Shown here: piece by piece, positions 13,668 to 25,848 of the stretch
Numbering within the stretch: the stretch's first letter is position 1
How the letters are laid out: each line of letters opens with the position of its first letter
DNA from: Paraspadella gotoi
Lineage: Eukaryota > Animalia > Chaetognatha
DNA: 64,000 nt
Direction: 5' to 3'
Assembly: GCA_051294375.1 (NCBI GenBank)
Contig: CM119264.1
Span: 7,628,151 to 7,692,150, forward strand
Translations under genes and position numbers: made by a program
Notes under the pieces: model-generated
The model's database searches: none
What the model saw: only the letters and a program-made list of their open reading frames with translations
Told to the model about the DNA's origin: nothing

Positions 13668-13900
13668 AAATTATCTATTCATTTTAAAAATAAGCTATCT
13701 TGCCCCTGACTTTGGACAGGCTTTGGTGGTTTGAGGCCTCCATCACTCTTACAAGATAATGACATAGCAAGTCCCTGCAAGCTTTCAATGAAGACTCTCT
13801 CACAGTTAAGTTTATTCATTCCCAGAGTACCTAGCTTCCCTATCAATGAAGTGGTATAATGTTTCAAAGAATATTTCAGTTGTATGAAAAGACCACTCCC
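13668..13900 (-). mobile_element. Dispersed repeat with twister-like motif, copy A (motif 13696-13758)
   Basis: Aligns over about 230 bp with 18310-18540 (opposite strand) and with 38755-38980. Confidence 0.8.
13696..13758 (-). ncRNA. Putative type-P5 twister ribozyme
   Basis: tatcttgt aa gagt GA-TGG aggcct cAA acc AC caaa g cctg T-CCA-AA-GT cagg g gcaagata. P5 is 8 bp, P4 is cctg/cagg, T1 is CCA/TGG and T2 is AC/GT. P2 is only 2 bp and P1 is reduced. Confidence 0.6.
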
Positions 13901-16900
13901 TTAATGTTATTATGAAAATTGCTAAATTAGTTGTTTCACTATTTTTATTTTTTTAAAGTAAGAGTAAGAGTGATGGAGGCTTAAAAGTGAGTTTGGTGTG
14001 TTTTGACGAAGCCACTGGTCTTTCTAGTATTTGATAGTCTGTTAAGTCAGCGTAAAGATTAATGGCCACTTCACAACACGACTCGATGACTTTGAAAGAT
14101 GATGACGACGACGACGAAATCCGCGGAAAACTACGATGACGATGATGACGACGATAATGACGGCGGCGAAAGTAACGGTTCGCTATATTGTCAAATCTTC
14201 TAATTGTGCTAGAAGACGAAAAACAGAGAAAATAACAAAGGTGACAAAGGTGTTTTAAATAGAAGTTTAATTAATGTCATTTATAATAATAAGCAGAATT
14301 TTCATAGGCTTAGTAATCAGAACTTGACACACAACAAACATTCCCCATTTTAACGACTCGTTTTAAAATCTAGTTTCTTATGGCGCGAACGATTTAGTGA
14401 ATCGATAAGATTTTAAATTGATTAAAACGACTGACCGATTGGTATACGAAAAACGGTGGATTAAAATGAAATTTCTCGGCCATCGACGACAACGACAACA
14501 ACAACGACTACGACGATAAAGCTCATGGAATACGACCCGCGGGAAGGTCAACCGAAAGCNNNNNNNNNNNNNNNNNNNNNNNNNNNNNNNNNNNNNNNNN
14601 NNNNNNNNNNNNNNNNNNNNNNNNNNNNNNNNNNNNNNNNNNNNNNNNNNNNNNNNNNNNNNNNNNNNNNNNNNNNNNNNNNNNNNNNNNNNNNNNNNNN
14701 NNNNNNNNNNNNNNNNNNNNNNNNNAAAATGAAGAGCGAAAAAAAAAACTGAAATAGAATTTGACGTCATCGAAGTCGGTTGATGATTTGGGACGGAAGG
14801 GGCTGGGGTGAGGTTCGGGTGAGCTCGGGGTGAGGCTGGGGAGAGATTGAGCAGAGTAGTAANNNNNNNNNNNNNNNNNNNNNNNNNCAATCTCTTCGTT
14901 CTCTCCTCTCTCCATTTCCCTCCCCTCTCTCCTCTTCTTCATCTCCTACTCCATGCTCCCTCCGCTATCCATCCGCACCCCTCGCCTCGCTCCTCGCTCG
15001 ACTCACCTCCCGCGCCTCCGTCCCACGTTCCTTCCTCATCCTCCTGCTCTCTCCTGTCTCCACATCCGTACTCTCTCCCCCTCCTTCTGATGCCTCTCCT
15101 CTCCCTCTCTCCGCTCTTCTCTCTCTCTCTCTCGTCTCTCTCTCTCTCATTGCCGGAGGTTGGGTCGGATGCCAATCTCGAGCTCGAGCCGCGCGAAGAC
15201 GAACCAACAAGCGCCATAAGCGCTTCCCTCTCTCTTCTACGCTCCTCACTTCTCTAACCCAGCCGTCGAAAGGTCGGAGAGTCATATCCGCGTCGGTGAC
15301 TCATCGAAAAAAATGTAGCAGAGATCCTCTTACCTTTCTCTAACCCGACCCGGGGCGATTCGCGCGGTCTACTCGGGTGTGCCGCCGAAGGAATCCGCGA
15401 AAACCACAATAATACATCTGAGTTCCGTCACATTCTCGACGTCCGAACTCAGTACTCCTTCTCATCTCAAACCTCCTCCTCTCCTCCTCTCCTCGCTTCT
15501 CGTCTCGTCTCCTGTCCCCGGCTCCAGCGCGCTCGCTCTACGTCGGTCCCTCTCCATCTCACTCTTGCTCATCGCTCTTCTCATCTCCCTCGTCTCTCCG
15601 TCTTCCATTCGCCTCCTATAGAGATCGTCCATTCTTCTACATATCTACTTCTCTTCCTCCACGCTTCCAACTATACGTCTTCTACTCTCTCTCCACCGTG
15701 AGTCACGCGTTGTCCTCTCCTCCGTGAACGCCGCCCATGGCCCACTCGATAGTCTCATCCGTGCTTCACTGGGGAGCCTCCCTCTCGGTTCTCTCTTCTC
15801 AGCTTCTCTCATCTCTCTCATCATATTTTCCAAACTGTTTTTTAAACCATTATTCCTTTCGGCGTCACAAGATTTTCCACTCCAACATATCTAAACTCTC
15901 GCCCGATCCTCTCCTTCATGCCCATCAACGAGTTTACTTACCGCCATACGCTTACCCGATTTACACTTTAACTCTACTCCTGCTCACGATCTCGTTCCCG
16001 GGCCAGCCCTCATCCCCGAGCTCACACTCGCGACACTTCATTTTCTCAACCCCCCCATGGCTCTGACATCCCTTCGTCCCAAATCATCAACCGGACTTCG
16101 AAGATGACGATCAAATCTCTAATTTCATTGTTTTTTTTTTTCTGCGCTTTCTTCCATTTTTCTTCCTGCACCTTCTAATTATCTCAGATCGTTTCGCTCC
16201 TCCTGCGAGAGAGGGATAGAGTCGCTGACTATAAATGGTTCATCAGGGCATAAATGAGGCCTTTAAGAGAACCATAAGCGAGAGGGAAGAAAACCCGCGC
16301 ATTAAATTACGGGTGAGAAAAGAGTCACTCACTCAAAAAATTCCACAATTATTTAGGTATATATACGTCAACGTATTGCTATTATACTCGTTTATTACCT
16401 AAAACAAAAAAAATAAAATTTTCAAATTTAACAGGCACGGTCGAATTTCTGCAATCGATGTTGTTGTCGCACCCCAACTTTCTGCAATTGCATTCGGCAG
16501 CGCATTCTCTTATGTCCCGAGCTCAGCTGATGTATGCATTTGTTGAATATTTTTAAATTAAACATAGGTTTTGTTTGCTACCGATTACGAACGACATATG
16601 CGTATTCACAAGGAAATTCGAAAAGCGATAACCATATTGTTTATTGTATAGATGTTTAACATTTTTAAACTTTTATCGGACGACGACTGCGACGACGACG
16701 ACGAAGATAAGGGCCATGTACGACTTCCACTTGAAAGGGAACGACGTTAAGAGCGATTAAAATCGTGACGACGATATCGAAGACGATGAGAAGTAGATGT
16801 CGAAATGACGACGCTAAATACGACGAAGTTGACGTCAACGACTCCAGCTGTTTCACATTATTCTTTCCCTTAAAAGGCCGAGCGATTTCTGGGGGGAAAA

Positions 16901-18269
16901 TTGTTTTGCGACGTAAAATAATTAAGTCGTTTGATGTTTTTTTTTTTAAATTCAGACGGGAATTTTTTGTTCAGGGAAAAGCAAATCGTGGAACAACTAA
17001 AGCATCGATAGCGTTAAAAATCAATATAATAGGATAGTTGATAGAAAAATTCCCCTCCCATATATCCGGGTTCAATCACCACAGTGTCACGCTGTCTGAG
17101 TGTGACGTAACTAGCATAACCACGCCAGTGACATGTAGGTCCAAAGTCCTAAGCGCCAGTTGTCGTTAGATGCCTCTCACCTCGGTCATCCATCACAACT
17201 GTCCCCCGGTTGCCATAATAGCTTTAATTGGTAGAGGGTATTTCGCCAGGATTCTTCCCATTGGCTCTTTGGGAGAAAAAGTGAGAAAGTGAAATTTCGC
17301 AGGTTCTCGTGACGTGGACAGTGGCACTGTCATCATTTCACGTGGCCCCTCAAAAGGTGGACTCCAAACAACGCAAAAAAAATGTCCGTCAAAAAAGCGG
17401 AGGAAAAAGCGCCGCTTTTTAGGTTTTTGGTTTCGGAAGTTTTTCCGCCGAACATCCGGAGATCGTGTGGAGAATAGCGACGTCGCGCGAAGAGAAAGGA
17501 TGTGTTTGTGGGTTTGTGGTTTTGTGGGTTTGTGGGTTTGTGGGTTTGTGGGTGTGGGGGCGAAAGGAGGGCGAAGCGACACTTGGTTTTCGGTCGTCNN
17601 NNNNNNNNNNNNNNNNNNNNNNNNNNNNNNNNNNNNNNNNNNNNNNNNNNNNNNNNNNNNNNNNNNNNNNNNNNNNNNNNNNNNNNNNNNNNNNNNNNNN
17701 NNNNNNNNNNNNNNNNNNNNNNNNNNNNNNNNNNNNNNNNNNNNNNNNNNNNNNNNNNNNNNNNNNNNNNNNNNNNNNNNNNNNNNNNNNNNNNNNNNNN
17801 NNNNNNNNNNNNNNNNNNNNNNNNNNNNNNNNNNNNNNNNNNNNNNNNNNNNNNNNNNNNNNNNNNNNNNNNNNNNNNNNNNNNNNNNNNNNNNNNNNNN
17901 NNNNNNNNNNNNNNNNNNNNNNNNNNNNNNNNNNNNNNNNNNNNNNNNNNNNNNNNNNNNNNNNNNNNNNNNNNNNNNNNNNNNNNNNNNNNNNNNNNNN
18001 NNNNNNNNNNNTCCGTGAAACTCAAAATGCTTCTTTTTCTTTACTTTTTCTCAACCGACCGCTTTTCTCTTGGGTGGACATTACAAGCAGGTAGCCTCAT
18101 NNNNNNNNNNNNNNNNNNNNNNNNNNNNNNNNNNNNNNNNNNNNNNNNNNNNNNNNNNNNNNNNNNNNNNNNNNNNNNNNNNNNNNNNNNNNNNNNNNNN
18201 NNNNNNNNNNNNNNNNNNNNNNNNNNNNNNNNNNNNNNNNNNNNNNNNNNNNNNNNNNNNNNNNNNNTT

Positions 18270-18540
18270 TATCTGGATGACCTTGCGCATAACAGTAACA
18301 GTCACATGCAGGGAGTCTTTTTATATAATTCAAACATTCTTTGAAACATTATACCACTTCATTGATAGTGAAGCCAGGTACTCTGGGAGTGAATAGAGGA
18401 GACTGTGAGAGAGTCTTGATTGAAAGCTTGCAGGGACCTGCTATGTCATTATCTTGTAAGAGTGAGTGAGGCCTTAAACCACCAAAGCCGGTCCCAAGTC
18501 AACGGCAAGATAGCTTATTTATTAAATGAATGGAAAATTT
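18270..18540 (+). mobile_element. Dispersed repeat with twister-like motif, copy B (motif 18450-18512)
   Basis: Same family as copy A. The 5' side runs into an N-gap. Confidence 0.8.
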
Positions 18541-18689
18541 TTAAGTTGGTTGCTCTTCAGTTGTTTTTTTCCCGGCATCACAATGAAAATTTTTTTCCTA
18601 AGCGACGTGCATTCCAACCCATAACCATTTCAATTTTATAATTTTATAGGACTTTCTTTCAAAGGACATTAAAGATAAAATACATTCAA

Positions 18690-18855
18690 CCAATCAGCTT
18701 TTAAGAAAAGCATCCTTTCCAATCAGCGACGTTTATGATCCATGTCCTTTCCAATCAGTGAGGTTTACGAACCAAGTATTTTCCAATCAGTTACTTTTAC
18801 GAGCGAGTCTCGCTATTAGCTGTATTTACGAGGGGAGTTCTTTTCTATTGGCAGC
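18690..18855 (+). repeat. Tandem array of about 32-bp units each carrying CCAATCAG
   Basis: CCAATCAG at 18690, 18719, 18751 and 18783, with degenerate units near 18813 and 18845. Confidence 0.7.
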
Positions 18856-19434
18856 CTTTCAATCCTTTCCTTAAATCGAGCCGGTTTTATTTTTTCACCA
18901 CAAAATAGAGTCGCTGCTGGCCATCGGCCAATGTGGCCATATCAATTTAAAAAATCCGCCAGTACGCTAGTCAGTCAGTCATCTTCTTAGAGCCGTCAAT
19001 TAAATGAATTTACTACCATAAAATATACAATTTCAATATCTTCTTCAACTTTCAATTCGTATTATTATATTTCTTAAAAAAAAAAAACCCTAAAAAATTT
19101 CATAAAATTGAATTATTTCTTTCAATTTTACGTTCGTTTTCAAAGAAAAAAACATTCCTTCTCCAGTACGAGGCGCCTGGCGTCCTGCTTGCTATTTCCC
19201 GCGAATGATAATTTTTTCCAACTGCGCGTTGAATCGAGCCACGCCCCCTCTCCTTCTTCCCTCCCTCTCGAATGGTCTTTCCATCTCCTGAATTCCATCT
19301 TTCCATTGCTGCCATTGCTGCCCGCAAACATTGGCGTTTCTTCGTCGACTCGAAGGAGAAAAAAAAAACCGACCTTCCACCCAAAAACCATCGCTTCCTC
19401 CATCGATCAACTCCGCCCACTTCCGTCGTATACG

Positions 19435-19452
19435 TCATCGTAATCATCATCA

Positions 19453-19483
<31 letters not shown>

Positions 19484-19746
19484 ATCATCATCGTCATCAT
19501 TCATCGTCATCATCGTCATCATCATCGTCATCATGTCATCATCATCGTTCAATCATCATCGTCATCATCGTCCTCATCATTCATCGTCATCATCATCGTC
19601 ATCATCGTCATCATCATCGTCATCATTCATCGTCATCGTCATCGTTCATCATCGTCATCATCATCGTCATCATCATCGTCATCATCGTCATCGTCGATCA
19701 TCATCGTCATCGTCATCATCATCGTCATCGTCATCGTCATCATCGT
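19435..19746 (+). repeat. (CAT/CGT)n compound microsatellite
   Basis: Directly visible. A pure (CAT)n tract also lies at about 23538-23650. Confidence 0.95.
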
Positions 19747-20339
19747 CCTCCTTTTCCAAGCAATCCAAAACTCATTTTAGATTATTCTTTTTTTTGGGTT
19801 ACGTAGCAATGCAATGATAGCCTCTTTGTATTAATACTGGTGCTTCTCCAATCATTTCTTAGACGAAGCTCCGCCAGTTTTCGTACTCATTAGAGTTAGA
19901 CTTACGTCAGCTTAAAATTATTGACTTTAGATCCAAAGCTTTTGCCAATTTTTCGACTCGCGTGTGGGAAAAAAGCTTTACGGAATTATACAGCCTGATT
20001 AAGAAAAAAAAAATTAATTGACAATTTCACAGCTAAATTAAAAAAAAAGTATGAATGTCCGTTTGGGAAAAGTCATGACTAACTAAAATCAATTTTTCTC
20101 TCAACTTAAACGAGTACCAATTTCATAAGTTTTCCCTCCCCCCACGATATTTTTCCCCAGAATTTTGTTCAGATATAACTTTAATTTCAAATGACTTTTT
20201 TTTCAATTTTCTATTTTCCTACCTCAGCTCGAATTTCCCACACGTTTTTACCTATTCTATTTATTATTTACCTTACCTCACGATCCCTCTTTATTTCCCC
20301 TCATATATCGAATCCCCTTTCCCCCACCTTAATTCCGCT

Positions 20340-20570
20340 CGCTCACCCCCCCCCCTCGGACCACCACGCTTCCACGCGCGCGCACCGTTGGAAATCACGT
20401 GACTCTTTGCCGCGACTCAAAACCCAACGCGCGCGCGTGATGGCTCGCCGCTTCGAACTCCGTCTACCGCGAAACGCAAACAAAATTTATCTCTGTTTAT
20501 CCTTGACCGCGTCCGGTGCGGATCGGTGCCGGGCAAAGATGGCGGGCGGGGCGAAATGGAGGTGGGCGGA
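20340..20570. promoter_or_regulatory. CpG-rich promoter-like island
   Basis: Contains (CG)n runs, a TCACGTGA E-box near 20395 and a YY1-like AAGATGGCGG near 20536. No downstream CDS recognised. Confidence 0.4.
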
Positions 20571-21700
20571 AAAAAAATAGAAACGGGCATACTCGATGGA
20601 CGGAAACTCGAAAGCGGACAAGGATGGCCGAGAAATGGAAGTGGGCAGAGATAGGGGAAAAGCTAAAATTGAGACAGAAAAAAAAGGAAGCGGGCAAAGG
20701 ATGGCGGGCAGGGAAAAATGGAAACGGGCAGTGATGGAGGAAAGGTCGAAATGAAGCCGGACAAAGATGAGACGGGTAAAGAGAGATGGAAGTTAATAGA
20801 AATGGAGGTAAAGGACGAAATGGCAGATAGAAATGGAGCGAAATGGCAGAAATGTCAGGCAGAACGAATGGGACGAGTACAGAGACGCCGATGGTCTCGG
20901 GACGGGCCATGCCACTTTACGTCTCGGCTGGATAAACCGGGTATGGGTCAATCAGTTTTGCCCAATAGAATCTAAGTCGGACCGCAACGTGAAACTTTAG
21001 CATGGAGGGTCGGGCAATGGGAGGGCGGGAAGCTTAAAAATGAGTAGTTTGAAGTTGAACTTTAGGTCGTTCAGTCTCCAACCCCCGCTGGTGAAATAGA
21101 GAGATAAATTGAAGGAAATGCAGTAAAGGAGAAATTGCACGAAATCGAAGTAGAGGGAAATCAATTTCTCTTTCCGGGATCGTTCTATTTCCCACGGATA
21201 TTTTGTGAATTTTGTGGTTATTGCTTTCCTTATCGTGATTGCTCTCTTTAGCGACGTGTCACTTTTTTCGTGGTTATAAAAGTTTTTATCGAGTCATCGT
21301 TTACGCTCGTTATTAATTTGTCCGAATTCTCAGCTCAGTTTTCAGCTTAAAAAAAAACTGACGAACTTTTTTGATTGATGATGGAAGGGATGCGCGAAAA
21401 AAAAATGGCGGCAAAAGAGTCGGATGATGAGCTTCGAAAGATTTTTTTCTTTCGCCAAAGTTTGATTTTTTTCCCCTTTTTTATCAGTTCGTGACCATTA
21501 AAAGATTTGGTCTTTTTAAGATCATTTGGTCTAGATTTTCCAGCAATTTATTAATTAATTAATTTATTAATTAAAAAAGAACAAAATTGAATAGAATTTG
21601 GAACAATTAATGAAAATGGAAGAAATGTCGACGCTTCCTTCTTACCGCTGTTTCATACTGTTAATATTCAATGCGATTCGCAACCCGTGAGGGAAAGAAT

Positions 21701-21752
<52 letters not shown>

Positions 21753-23563
21753 CTCCAAGCGACGAAAAGATGAAAGATGAAGGACACAGATTTTCTCACC
21801 GTTTGTCTTTCCCCGATTTTTTGTCTTATTTTTTTTGTCCTCGCCATTTTTCACTGTGTCTTAGTTTTCTATCCTTTCCCCTCATTTTTTCACCTTCCAT
21901 TTGTTTTCTCTTGTTTTCAGTCACTGTCATTTTTTTAGTGTATTTTATATGTTTTTATATAGTTTATATATTCTATGTATATCTGAGGATAAATAGCTAA
22001 GTGGGGCTAAAGAGTGCTATCCGCAACTTCATTAACCCCCTCTAGCTGCCATGGATCGGGTCCTGAAGGTGTCATGCTTATAGGCAGGGTGAACTTGTGC
22101 AATGCCGACTACATACCTATATATTTTGTATATATTTTATTTATATCTTTTATTAGTTTGAGGCAAGAAAGGTTTTTATTATTGTTTACATATTTTGAAA
22201 CAATCATATGTAAAAAATAATAAAAACCTTTCTTGACTAAAACTATTATCAAAACGCAACGAATCGAAAGAATGAATGCGATAATAGATATTTTTATATA
22301 TTTTTCATTTATTTTTTTATATTGGTTGTATCAACTTCATAGGATTGTTCGATTCACGGAGCTGGAAAGACACACATCTCCCTTTGTTTGTTTTTTTCAA
22401 ACTATGTATAATTCAGTGGCTGATAGAAAAAGATTGATAGAAAAGTAGAGAAAAAAATATGAAGATAAAAAATAAAACTTAAAGTTGAATGAAAAAAAAT
22501 GGTTAAAAAAGGAGTTACATATAAAAACTTGATACGATTTATTTCCTATTGTTTAACTTTATCCTTTAAATCACCTTTTTTTTCTACCTCCCTTTCAAGT
22601 TTCAACGACTCTGTCTCTCTCTTTTTGTCCTACTCCCTCCCTCCCTCTTCCCTTATTTCCTCCTTCTCACCCTCTCGCTCTCCATTGATTTTTTCCGTCT
22701 CCTTCTCTCAAGATTGATGTTCTTTTTTTTCCCTTTCGATCGAATCGAAGCGAAACGAAAAGACAAACTTCGTCGCGTCGACCACAAAGTCGCGCCAGTG
22801 ACCGCTTCACGCAGCACTGTGCAGAGTGAAATGACAGAGCGCTGTGCGATGTTCAATGTTCGCAGTTCAATTTTTAATTTCCTATTAACGTAACCTTCGC
22901 AGGCACGTCATTGACTTTCAGCGGACTGCTCTCTTGATTAATATCGCTTCCCAACACTCTTTCCGATTGATCAGCTGGCTTGACTCTTCTTTGTTTTGTT
23001 TTTTGTTGTTGTTGTTGTTTTTGTTGTTTTTGTTTTTATTTTTGTGTTTTGTTCTTTGCTTTTCCAGCTATTACAAGAATGCTCGTTAAAGAAATTTGAC
23101 CTTTTTACACTTTTAAACTCACAGGCTCACATCTCACGCTTTAAAAGATCACATCATCAATTTCGCTCTGAATCGAGAAAATGTCCCCCACCTTATTTAA
23201 ACGTAATCTGTATTTTTTTTCTTTCCAGGGCTTAAAATGACGATATATATTCGTTTCTCCACTTTGCGCAACGCGCTTTAACGACCAGATGTGGGTAATA
23301 CGTACTCTGCATCTCATTATATTATTCATCATAATCAAAGCATAGGTTTCGTCGTATTGGTTGCATCTTTATCATGGTGGTCTCATTGTCATTTGGTTTA
23401 ACTTGGTTTGTACCTGGTTATTCTGTGATGATGTCGTGGTTTCACAAGAGCGAGAGACTTGGCTTTCATGGCTTCTATTTTAACTTCAAGTCTCTTTCCT
23501 AAACTTGTTCTAATTATCACGGTTATAGTGGTGGCTATCATCATCATCATCATCAGCATCATC

Positions 23564-23651
<88 letters not shown>

Positions 23652-24004
23652 GTGTCGTCGTCCTCGGCCAAGTTCGTATCGGCTTAGAGCTCGAGAGACA
23701 AATTCCACGGATTTTCCAAAATAAAAAAAATGGGATCCGCTTTTTCCTTGAAGGATTCACTCGGTCGGCCTTTCATCGATTCGCCCTTTAAAGAATCGCT
23801 TCATCCGAACCTTCGTATCATCCGAACCTCGTCAAAATCTCATCCAGGCCGTCGACTTACGGCCATCTCATCCAAACCTCATTCAAACAATGTGAAAATC
23901 TCTTTTGAATTTTATTCCAGGATTTATCTCAACTAAATCTTATTGATACGTAACTAAACCAAGCCAGTGTCTCAATAAAGCGACTTACAAATCAAGAAAG
24001 CACA

Positions 24005-24440
24005 AGAACAGCTTCATCTAATCCTTATCCAGCCACATTTTCAACCACATCCCGTCCTCAGCTTCATCTAGTCTTCATCCAATCTCACGTCTCAATCAAA
24101 TCCCATCCTCAGCTTCAGATAATCCTTATCCAAGCTTTCATATCAACCAAACCCCATATTCAGCTTCATCTAATTCTCATCCAAGCCTCATTTTGAACGG
24201 AATTCCACTCTGGGACTCAAATAATTCTCATCCAAGCCCCATTTTCAACTTGATCCCATCCTCAGCCTCAAATAATTCTCATCCAAGCCATATTTTCAAC
24301 TTAATCCCATCCTCAGCATCAAATAATCTTCATCCAAGCCACATTTTCAACTTAATCCCATCCTCAGCTTCAAATAATCCTCATCCAAGCTTAATTATAA
24401 ACTAAATCCCTTTCTCAGCCTCGTCTAATCTTCATCCTCA
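24005..24440 (+). repeat. 51-bp minisatellite, about 8 diverged units
   Basis: Unit aataattctcatccaagccatattttcaacttaatcccatcctcagcatca, which appears as a 17-aa repeat in the ORF track. Confidence 0.85.
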
Positions 24441-24555
24441 TTCTCGAATCTCGACCGAAAAATCTCTGGAGACGAAAGAAGTATTAGCGATCCGTTGGCG
24501 CCGCCGGTCAAGGACTTGATTTCATTACTGCTTTGAGGGGAGGATGGGCAGCGGA

Positions 24556-24591
<36 letters not shown>

Positions 24592-25112
24592 GATAACAAG
24601 GGATAAAAAAGCAAAAATCAAGTAGTAAAAAAGAGAATTGTTATGTTTACTATCTTCCGTTAGGTCGTTGATTAATCAATTATAACGTTTATATTCTATT
24701 TACACTTCTAATATTACAAACGTAGCTCGATGTGTTTTGCTTCCTTTCTCTTTTTCTTTACTTTTTTATTTCTCTTTCTTTTATATTCTTTTCTAGTCTC
24801 GTTTTTTTTCTTTTTCTTTTCTTTTTCACTTATTTTTTTCTGTGAACTAATTAATCTTGATTAGTTATACTTTTGTTGTTAAAAGTATTGAAATTATGTT
24901 ATCTTAGTTTCGCGAGGGCGGAGGTCGGCGATGCGGGCGGAAAGGGATCAATCTCTCCAAGATACTCGGTCAGAAAATTGTGGAGGCAAGCAATCCATCG
25001 GAAACTCGATTCCTCGACATTTGATCAACAAAATGGAAACACAAAGAAAAGAATCGATAAGTAGGACGCAGCCTTAACTGGGCTGATTAATATGTCTCTC
25101 TTTCTCTCTCTC

Positions 25113-25179
<67 letters not shown>

Positions 25180-25311
25180 AAAGAACACAAAAAATCCAGT
25201 GTTTAAGCATTTAAGCATTTAAGCATTTAAAAAATGGCAAAGTTAAAAGGTACGGGAAGTTAAGGCATAAAGAAATTAACGAGTTCCGTGACTATGGTTC
25301 AATCAGAGACT

Positions 25312-25387
<76 letters not shown>

Positions 25388-25512
25388 CTTTTATTAACAG
25401 TTTGGAGTGAGTTACTCTGAGGCGATTTTTTCTCATTATCTTTAGCAACCAGACGCGATAAGCTCGAACAATTTTTTTTTCCTTTCGACCCTAACTTCGC
25501 CGCTTCACCTTA

Positions 25513-25565
<53 letters not shown>

Positions 25566-25778
25566 CTCTCCCTTTCCGGCAGCTTTCATTCAAAATTCAA
25601 GCAAGCTCTCGACTCCCCGTTTGCGTCTTTATTCAGAACTCAGGCAAGCATTTTTTGTCCCTTGTCTTCTGTTTTTTTTTTTTTTTTTTTTTTCTTTGCT
25701 CACCGTTTATTTTCTGTTTCCTTTTCCTTTTCGCCCCGGAGGAAAAACTTCGTGGAGACGTCAGCATTGAGAAAGACA

Positions 25779-25848
<70 letters not shown>

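Noticed and set aside
24005-24440. CRISPR-like or coding repeat
   Set aside because: The units are contiguous 51-bp repeats with no unique spacers and no cas genes, in a eukaryotic context. The frames contain stops.
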